From: an uncultured archaeon
GTDB taxonomy: Archaea; Iainarchaeota; Iainarchaeia; Iainarchaeales; JAAZKV01
Direction of reading: 5' to 3'
DNA length: 32,000 nucleotides
Assembly: GCA_964551375.1 (NCBI GenBank)
Contig: CAZKBG010000001.1
Location: forward strand, 914,136-946,135
Translations under genes and position numbers: made by a program
The notes under the pieces: model-generated
What the model was told of the DNA's origin: nothing
Seen by the model: only the letters and a program-made list of their open reading frames with translations
Databases searched by the model: none
In this document: positions 25,911 to 32,000 of the stretch, one piece after another
Layout: each line of letters starts with the position of its first letter
Numbering within the stretch: the first letter of the stretch is position 1

Positions 25911-26636
25911 ATGGAAGAAAAAGTTGTGGAAAAAGAAACAAAACAAGAAATCGATGATAGCGAACTATACAAAGGAAAAGACCTTTTGATAGACATAGAA
26001 ACGTACCTCAAAAGCGGAGTACACATCGGAACAAAAATGAAGACCGGCGAAATGAGAAGATACATCTTTAAGAAAAGAAATGACGGGTTAATGGTTTTTA
26101 ACATCGAAACAATCGACAAGAGAATCAGAATGATAGCAAAACTTCTTGCAAAATTCCAAGGCAAAGACGTAGCAATACTGGCAAGAAGACTATACGGACA
26201 CAAGCCTGCAAGAAAAATGGCTATGATGCTTGGAGCAAGAGAATTTACAGGAAGATTCATTCCTGGGACATTCACAAACCCACAGGCAAGAGTATTTTTC
26301 GAGCCAAAAGTTGTATTTGTAACAGACCCAATTGCTGACTCACAGGCGCTAAAAGAAGCGACAGAAATAGGAATACCTGTAATAGCAATCGCAGGAAGCG
26401 ACTCTCCTTTGAAAAATATTGACTTGGTAGTGCCTGCAAACAATAAAGGAAGAAAATCACTTGCTTTACTATACTACTTAATCACAAGAGAAACACTTGT
26501 TGAAAGAAAGGAAATAGCAAGAGACGCATTCAAATCCGAAGTTAACGAATTTGAACAGGAAATAGACGAAGCACAAGAGGAAAAGACAAGAAAGGTTCCT
26601 CAAAACAGATTTAGAAGAGGAAGAAGAAGGATGTAA
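25911..26636 (+). CDS. rps2: Ribosomal protein uS2
   Basis: SGVHIGTKMKTGEMRRYIFKKRNDGLMVFNIETIDKRI...FIPGTFTNPQ...EPKVVFVTDPIADSQALKEATEIGIPVIAI. Confidence 0.95.
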   Translation: MEEKVVEKETKQEIDDSELYKGKDLLIDIETYLKSGVHIGTKMKTGEMRRYIFKKRNDGLMVFNIETIDKRIRMIAKLLAKFQGKDVAILARRLYGHKPARKMAMMLGAREFTGRFIPGTFTNPQARVFFEPKVVFVTDPIADSQALKEATEIGIPVIAIAGSDSPLKNIDLVVPANNKGRKSLALLYYLITRETLVERKEIARDAFKSEVNEFEQEIDEAQEEKTRKVPQNRFRRGRRRM

Positions 26637-26744
26637 ATCCTTTTTCTTGACTATTTTTAAGGCACTATTCTTAATTAAGCGCCTAAATAACGTTTTTTAA
26701 GCAGGAAATATGCCCTATAATTCCACTAATTCACGTTTTAAAGT

Positions 26745-26756
26745 AAATTTATATAC
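26745..26756 (+). promoter_or_regulatory. Putative TATA box for the TrmB-like gene
   Basis: AAATTTATATACTT about 55 bp upstream of ATG 26806. Confidence 0.45.
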
Positions 26757-26805
26757 TTGTTTGAGCCAATATATTATATCAAGAACTAGTACGACGTGGT
26801 TGGGA

Positions 26806-27546
26806 ATGAATAACAATGAAGCATATGCATTACTTGAGAAGCTTGGCCTAACTGAATACGAAGCAAAAACGCTGAACACTTTATTTTCACTAAGAGAAGC
26901 GGAAGCTCCGCAAATTTCAAGAACCGCGCAGGTTCCAAAAACAAGAGTGTATGATGTGCTTGAAAAATTAATAGAAAAAAATCTGATTATTGAAATAAAG
27001 GGAAGGCCAAAACTTTACCGCGCAGTTGAAGCCCAGAAAGCAATTGACATTTTAATTATCACAAAAAAAAATCAGCTTAATCAACTTGAAAAAGAAGCAA
27101 TTGAAGTAAAAGAAAATATGCTTGCAGTTGAGGGAAAAGAAGAAAGCGGAGAAAAAGTAATGAAAGTAAAGGACAAACAGGACTTTGAAAAAATTTTAGG
27201 ACAGGAACTTTTGAAAGCAAATAAATCCATACAAGGGTTAACTGAAATACAGGATGAACATGAAATACTTCATGACGCTCTTAAAAGAGCAAAACAGAGA
27301 AATATCTCAATAAAACTTCTAAACTCATTCCAGTCAAAGAAATTAAAAGAAGTTGCTGATGTTCGCCACCACAACCACGGACTTAACGCATTTATTATCG
27401 ACGGCAAAAAAGTAGTTCTTGCAATATCTGATTTTAAAAAACAAAAATCTGATTACCACTTTACAATCTTAAACGACCATGCTCCAATGGCAAGCGCGTT
27501 CATCCATTATTTTGACAAGCACTGGAAAGACGCTAAAAACTACTAA
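26806..27546 (+). CDS. TrmB-family / HTH transcriptional regulator
   Basis: LLEKLGLTEYEAKTLNTLFSLREAEAPQISRTAQVPKTRVYDVLEKLIEKNLIIEIKGRPKLYRAV winged HTH. ATG at 26806 preferred because the TATA-like element lies inside the longer ORF. Confidence 0.88.
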   Translation: MNNNEAYALLEKLGLTEYEAKTLNTLFSLREAEAPQISRTAQVPKTRVYDVLEKLIEKNLIIEIKGRPKLYRAVEAQKAIDILIITKKNQLNQLEKEAIEVKENMLAVEGKEESGEKVMKVKDKQDFEKILGQELLKANKSIQGLTEIQDEHEILHDALKRAKQRNISIKLLNSFQSKKLKEVADVRHHNHGLNAFIIDGKKVVLAISDFKKQKSDYHFTILNDHAPMASAFIHYFDKHWKDAKNY

Positions 27547-27549
27547 AAA

Positions 27550-27579
27550 CCAAAAAACTAAAAACTTAGTTATTTTTGG
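27550..27579 (+). terminator. Terminator-like hairpin after the TrmB-like gene
   Basis: CCAAAAAACTAA...TTAGTTATTTTTGG imperfect inverted repeat immediately after the stop codon. Confidence 0.45.
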
Positions 27580-27633
27580 AGACTTTCAATTTAAGGCAAA
27601 CTCCTAAAAACCATTTCTATCTAACTTATACTT

Positions 27634-29301
27634 ATGGATGAAGTAAAGCAGACTGCTTACAAGTACGCTATCAAGAATGCATTTGAGCATGGCGGCAAAT
27701 CACAGGCTGGCGCGGTTGTTGGAAAAGTAAAAGCTTTATTTCCTGATGCAGATTTAAAAAAATTAATGCCTCTAATAAACGAAACAGTTGCGGGCGTGAA
27801 TAAGCTTCACAAAGATATGCTGAATAGCGAATACTCAAAATTCACTGCCGAAGGGTGGGAACTAAAAAGAGTGGAAAAAGAAAAAACTCTTCCAGAACTT
27901 GACTGGGTAACGCCAAGCACAAAAATTATTACACGAGTTGCTCCAAATCCAAGCGGAGTAATGCACTTTGGACACGCAAGACCAGCAGTGCTTACTGATG
28001 AATACATAAAAAAATACGGCGGAAAATTCATATTGCGATTTGATGACACTGATCCTAAAACAAAAATCCCAATTGCAGGCGTTGAAAAAGATTTCAAAAA
28101 AGACTTTGAATGGCTCGGGATAAAATTTGACGAAACAGCGAACGCAAGCGACAGACTTGAAAGATATTATGAGATAATTGAAAAACTAATAAATGACAAA
28201 ATGGCTTACGTGTGCGAATGTGAAAGCGAAGAATGGAGAAAATTAATCTGGGCATCAAAAGCATGCAAATGCAGAGGAAAAAAACCGGAAGTTCATTTAG
28301 AAAAATGGCGCAAAATGCTTGCGCATGAAATAAAAGAAGAGCAGGCGGTTGTGCGAATTAAAACAAATTTAAAAGACCCTGACCCTTCAACAAGAGACTG
28401 GTGGGCTGCAAAAGTAGTTGATGAAATAAACCACCCAAATCCAAACGCTCAGGATAAACATGTTTGGCCATCATATAACCTTGCAAGCGCAGTGGATGAC
28501 CACGACATGGGAGTAAATTTAATCATCCGCGGACAGGAGCACATGACAAATGAAGAAAAACAAAAAGAACTTTATGAACACTTCGGCTGGACTTACCCTC
28601 ACTGCTACTATCACGGAAAAATATCAAAACTCGGGGACATGACATTATCAAAAAGCAAAATCAAAGCAATAATGGAAGAGCTTGGCGTTGAAAGATACGA
28701 CGATCCAAGAATGGCGACAATAAAAGCATTTAGAAGAAGAGGATTTACACCAGCTGCTATACGAAAAGTAATACTTGACTGCGGACTGAGTCTAAAAGAA
28801 GTAAAAATTTCGCTTGACATGTTTGCAGCCGCAAACAAAGCGGTTCTTGGCGAATCAAAAGAATATCCATTCTTTGAAGAAGCAGCGCAGATTGAAATTT
28901 ATAATATGGCTCCAGGAAACGGAGAATCATACGGAACAGAAATTGAATTTAAAATCGGAATTGAAAAATTCTTTGTCGATAAAAAAGAACTTTCAAAATA
29001 TAAAAACAAAAAAGGCGCAATGATACGATTCAAAAAAGCATTTAACGCAAAACTTGAAGAAGCTGATGAATTCAACGGACGCGCTGTATTTGTTTCATAT
29101 TCAAAAGCAGAATATCCAATAATTTCCTGGGTTAAAGAATTAATTGATGTTGAAGTGCTGATGAGCGACGGCACAATAAAAAGAGGATTCTCCTCTCCAA
29201 GCATAATTTCTTCAAAAGGAATAATTCATCTTGAAGGACTAGGGCATGCAAATATAGAAGAAATAAAAGGAAATCTTGTCAAATGCATTTTTTCTTACTA
29301 A
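27634..29301 (+). CDS. gltX: Glutamyl-tRNA synthetase, archaeal type
   Basis: RVAPNPSGVMHFGHARPAVLTDEYIKKYGGKFILRFDDTDP, WPSYNLASAVDDHDMGVNLIIRGQEH and LSKSKI. Confidence 0.94.
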   Translation: MDEVKQTAYKYAIKNAFEHGGKSQAGAVVGKVKALFPDADLKKLMPLINETVAGVNKLHKDMLNSEYSKFTAEGWELKRVEKEKTLPELDWVTPSTKIITRVAPNPSGVMHFGHARPAVLTDEYIKKYGGKFILRFDDTDPKTKIPIAGVEKDFKKDFEWLGIKFDETANASDRLERYYEIIEKLINDKMAYVCECESEEWRKLIWASKACKCRGKKPEVHLEKWRKMLAHEIKEEQAVVRIKTNLKDPDPSTRDWWAAKVVDEINHPNPNAQDKHVWPSYNLASAVDDHDMGVNLIIRGQEHMTNEEKQKELYEHFGWTYPHCYYHGKISKLGDMTLSKSKIKAIMEELGVERYDDPRMATIKAFRRRGFTPAAIRKVILDCGLSLKEVKISLDMFAAANKAVLGESKEYPFFEEAAQIEIYNMAPGNGESYGTEIEFKIGIEKFFVDKKELSKYKNKKGAMIRFKKAFNAKLEEADEFNGRAVFVSYSKAEYPIISWVKELIDVEVLMSDGTIKRGFSSPSIISSKGIIHLEGLGHANIEEIKGNLVKCIFSY

Positions 29302-29307
29302 TAAAAA

Positions 29308-29340
29308 ACTTCATTTTTTGGAAGTTTCTACTTTTTTTGT
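29308..29340 (+). terminator. Terminator-like hairpin with T tract after gltX
   Basis: AAACTTC-ATTTTTTG-GAAGTTT followed by CTACTTTTTTT. Confidence 0.6.
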
Positions 29341-29428
29341 ATGATTTTGGCTTATTTAATTGATGAAAGTTACAGCCACGCATCAAAAAAGCTTTTATAC
29401 TAGGTCCCATATAACTAAAGCAGATAAT

Positions 29429-29821
29429 ATGCCTAACCTTGATGAAAACCAAATCTCGCGCGCAGCGCAGAGAAAGCTAAAAGCGCGAAAATGGAGCGCT
29501 TCTGGCGGTCAAGCCCCAAGCATTGCGGGCGGAAGCGAGCTTCCTGCAAAAGGACTTGCTTATGAAAAAGACCTTTTAAGCAATATTACTTCATTTAGAC
29601 TGACTCCTGCAGTAACAAAGACGCTGAAATTCAGAGCAGTTACTTTACTTACAACACTTGGAATAACTTGGGTAGTTACAGGAAGCCCAATTGCAAGTTT
29701 AAGCGTAACAGCAATTCAGCAGAGCACAAACACGATGGTTTATTACTTCTTTGAGCAGAATGAGAAAAGCAAAAGAGAAAGTAAAAGCGCAAAGCAAAAA
29801 GATTTTAGCGCAAGTTCATAA
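29429..29821 (+). CDS. Small membrane protein, DUF2061-like
   Basis: KTLKFRAVTLLTTLGITWVVTGSPIASLSVTAIQQSTNTMVYYFFEQNE resembles the DUF2061 pattern (RA...W...TG......E...YY.HE). TATA-like TTTTATACTA at about 29391 supports start at 29429 rather than 29360. Confidence 0.6.
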   Translation: MPNLDENQISRAAQRKLKARKWSASGGQAPSIAGGSELPAKGLAYEKDLLSNITSFRLTPAVTKTLKFRAVTLLTTLGITWVVTGSPIASLSVTAIQQSTNTMVYYFFEQNEKSKRESKSAKQKDFSASS

Positions 29822-29857
29822 ACTAATTTTGCTAATTAGAAAAGCTCATTAATACAA

Positions 29858-30406
29858 ATGGCGCTAAATATTTGTATGCGAACAATATCTCGGTCCAGAG
29901 CGAAAAAGAAAAAAGGATTTTTGACTGCGGTGGGCTTGACTAAAAATAAAAGAGTTGAAAAAGTTGACAATGTCCGCCCGATATTAAAATATGAAAGAGA
30001 TTTAGTTCATACAAATCGAAGAGGATTAGTCCAAAAAGCTGAAATGACGCTCCGCGGAGATAAATATCCTTACGGCAGAGTTCAAATTATTACTGCGCGC
30101 GGAAAAGAAGCCGCACGAGTAGGGCTTATTGAAAAAAAAGTTCCAAAACTCGGGAAGATTTACGAAATATGGGGAATTGATACGCAAAGAGGCTGGAAAA
30201 AAGAAGGATTCGGAGTTCAATTAATGTCAGAAGCCATACATATTGCAAAACAAAAAAAAGCAAAAGCAGTGGAGCTTGACACTACGCTTCAAAATGTTTC
30301 AGCAATGAATTTATACTCAAGAATGGGGTTTTTTGAAGTTAAAAGACGCGTGTTTGAAGCCCGCGGAAAAAAATACACAGGCGTAAAGATGAGACTTTTG
30401 CTTTAA
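29858..30406 (+). CDS. GNAT-family N-acetyltransferase
   Basis: IWGIDTQRGWKKEGFGVQLMSEAIHIAKQKKAKAVELDTTLQNVSAMNLYSRMGFFEVKRR acetyl-CoA-binding/C-terminal GNAT pattern. Confidence 0.85.
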   Translation: MALNICMRTISRSRAKKKKGFLTAVGLTKNKRVEKVDNVRPILKYERDLVHTNRRGLVQKAEMTLRGDKYPYGRVQIITARGKEAARVGLIEKKVPKLGKIYEIWGIDTQRGWKKEGFGVQLMSEAIHIAKQKKAKAVELDTTLQNVSAMNLYSRMGFFEVKRRVFEARGKKYTGVKMRLLL

Positions 30407-30432
30407 CAAACTTGGCAAACAAATTAGCCGGA

Positions 30433-31839
30433 TTATTTTCCAAGAATCAATTGCCTTAGCTGTTTATTCTGTCCGACTTTTATTAATGCCGTTGCAGTCA
30501 TTGCGCCTACTTCAAGTTCAGTAATTCCAAGCTCTCTTGCAATCTGCTCGTTAGAAACATCCCCAAAAAAACCAAATCTCATCTTTACCAATGTTTGTTC
30601 TCGTGGAGTGAGCTCGGCGCTAAGTGCGTGATTTAGAACTGATTCTCTTTCATGACTCAAAAACTTTGAAGCAGGAGTCTCATGAGTTGCAGAAATAACT
30701 CTTGAGAATTCATTTCCTCCTGCATCTTTTTCTGACTCAAAAGCAAGCTGATTAGGCCAGTCAGGAACACCAGCTTTCGGGGGCTTTGGAGCCTTAGCTT
30801 CTTTTTGCAATCTTACTCTAATAGGCTCGGCTTTTGGATAACCAAATTTAGTTACGACATGCTCCCAAAGACCTTTAAGAAAAGCGCGCCGATATTTTGG
30901 ATCTTTATGAAGCTCTTTCATAGCAAGGCTTGAATTTGCTTCAATCCTTGCTCTAAAATCAGGATTAGCATTCTGCTTAACGATATTTGCGCGCAACTGT
31001 TTTGAAAGCTCGTTAATTTCTCGAATAGTTTGCCTGCGCTTTTCTTTAGAAACAGTTCCCTGCTCGCCAAGCTGTCTTAAGAGTTCAAGTTTTTTAGTAA
31101 TATTTAAGGTAATTCCAAAAGTCGGGCTGAAAGCCTTAATTACTTCATCAATAGAATACTTTGGAAAATATTTCTTTTGAACTGTTGAAAATATTTCCGC
31201 CCTGCTTTTTCCCTGGCTTGCAAGATTCACCGCTGTAATTAACGCCCTTGGATTTGAATATGCTCCCTTGACACGCTTTAGCTTTGTTTTTGAAAAAAGT
31301 TTTAACTGCCCGAGGTGTCTTTTTAATGCAAAATTGGGGTCGGCATTTCTTGCCCTTAAAAGTTCGCCGTCAAGCTTTCTTTTTTTTCTCATTTTAGGAG
31401 TATCCCCAAATTCTTTCCAAAAAGTTTGAGTTCCTTCATTAAGTCTTCTTTTATAATCAGGATCTTTGTGTTTTTCCTTTAATGCAGCGCTTACCTTAGC
31501 TCTTCTTTGTGCATCAAGAGTGGGATTGGTTCTTCTTTTGTCAACATTGGCTCGCATACTTGCTTGGTGGAGTATAATGCTTCTCATTGCTTCTTTTTTA
31601 GTTTTAGGAACAAGCTCGCCGTCAATTCCATACCTTACTACTTCATCAACAATTCTTTTTGAGTGCCCGCCTTTTGGAGAAAACGCGGCGCTTACTTCTT
31701 CAACAGTATATTTAGGAAAATGTCTTTTTTGAAGGCGAGCAATAATCTCTTCTCTTGGCGCCTTTTTTCTTGCCATGTTAAGGGCAGTAACCATAGCCCT
31801 TGGATTTGAATAAGCTCCCTTAACCCTTCGTAAAGCCAT
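30433..31839 (-). CDS. Multidomain DNA-binding-like protein: duplicated module, NUMOD3-like repeats, C-terminal sigma-70 region 4-like HTH
   Basis: 468-aa ORF. Duplicated RVKGAYSNPRA(M/L)(V/I)TA(L/V)N(M/L)A...FPKY(T/S)(V/I)(E/D)EV module. C-terminal LTPREQTLVKMRFGFFGDVSNEQIARELGITELEVGAMTATALIKVGQNKQLRQLI. Confidence 0.85.
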   Translation of the reverse strand: MALRRVKGAYSNPRAMVTALNMARKKAPREEIIARLQKRHFPKYTVEEVSAAFSPKGGHSKRIVDEVVRYGIDGELVPKTKKEAMRSIILHQASMRANVDKRRTNPTLDAQRRAKVSAALKEKHKDPDYKRRLNEGTQTFWKEFGDTPKMRKKRKLDGELLRARNADPNFALKRHLGQLKLFSKTKLKRVKGAYSNPRALITAVNLASQGKSRAEIFSTVQKKYFPKYSIDEVIKAFSPTFGITLNITKKLELLRQLGEQGTVSKEKRRQTIREINELSKQLRANIVKQNANPDFRARIEANSSLAMKELHKDPKYRRAFLKGLWEHVVTKFGYPKAEPIRVRLQKEAKAPKPPKAGVPDWPNQLAFESEKDAGGNEFSRVISATHETPASKFLSHERESVLNHALSAELTPREQTLVKMRFGFFGDVSNEQIARELGITELEVGAMTATALIKVGQNKQLRQLILGK

Positions 31840-32000
31840 ACAATATTTTGTGTTTCGAGGAAGTTATTAAGCTAATTGGAGCGGGGAAGCATTATTTTGG
31901 CTCGAGGCAAAAGCAGCTTTTTAAAGGTTTTGAAAGAGAAAATAATTAGTTTTTAGGCTTATTTTGCCTATGAAGCTGACGCTATAGATATGGGCGGTTG

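Noticed and set aside
31466-31732. Plus-strand 88-aa ORF opposite the sigma-4-like protein gene
   Set aside because: Low-complexity hydrophobic translation antisense to a 468-aa ORF with recognisable duplicated structure.
31840-32000. Possible divergent gene starting at the right edge, with CTTTTTAAAGG as a TATA-like element
   Set aside because: Only a few in-frame codons remain (ATGGGCGGTTG...). Not enough sequence to support a gene call.
1-32000. Mobile element, toxin-antitoxin or defence system
   Set aside because: No transposase, integrase, nuclease, terminal inverted repeats or target duplications seen. The window is dominated by conserved housekeeping genes.

Overview
This 32 kb window is AT-rich archaeal DNA, probably DPANN-like; the lineage is inferred from gene content and cannot be fixed without a search. 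Most of it (about 5.9-26.6 kb) is one co-directional plus-strand ribosomal-protein/secY/RNA-polymerase supercluster: L3-L4-L23-L2-S19-L22-S3-L29-SUI1-Rpp29-S17-L14-L24-S4e-L5-S14-S8-L6-L32e-L19e-L18-S5-L30-L15-secY-DUF106/EMC3-like-L34e-L14e-S13-S4-S11-rpoD-tRNA-Leu(UAA)-L18e-L13-S9-rpoN-S2. Upstream are a 5'-truncated guanine-deaminase-like gene, archease, rtcB, a multi-TM protein and a large secreted or surface protein. Downstream are a TrmB-like regulator, archaeal-type glutamyl-tRNA synthetase, a DUF2061-like small membrane protein, a GNAT acetyltransferase and, on the minus strand, a 468-aa protein. That protein combines two near-identical N-terminal/central modules, NUMOD3-like basic repeats and a C-terminal helix-turn-helix resembling bacterial sigma-70 region 4. 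It is the best candidate for something undescribed here. Other points of interest are K/A/E(H)-rich extensions shared by several ribosomal proteins, terminator-like hairpins inside the supercluster (notably L2/S19 and S9/rpoN), and the absence of the expected adk/cmk/truB neighbours near secY. I found no CRISPR array, transposon or defence cassette.
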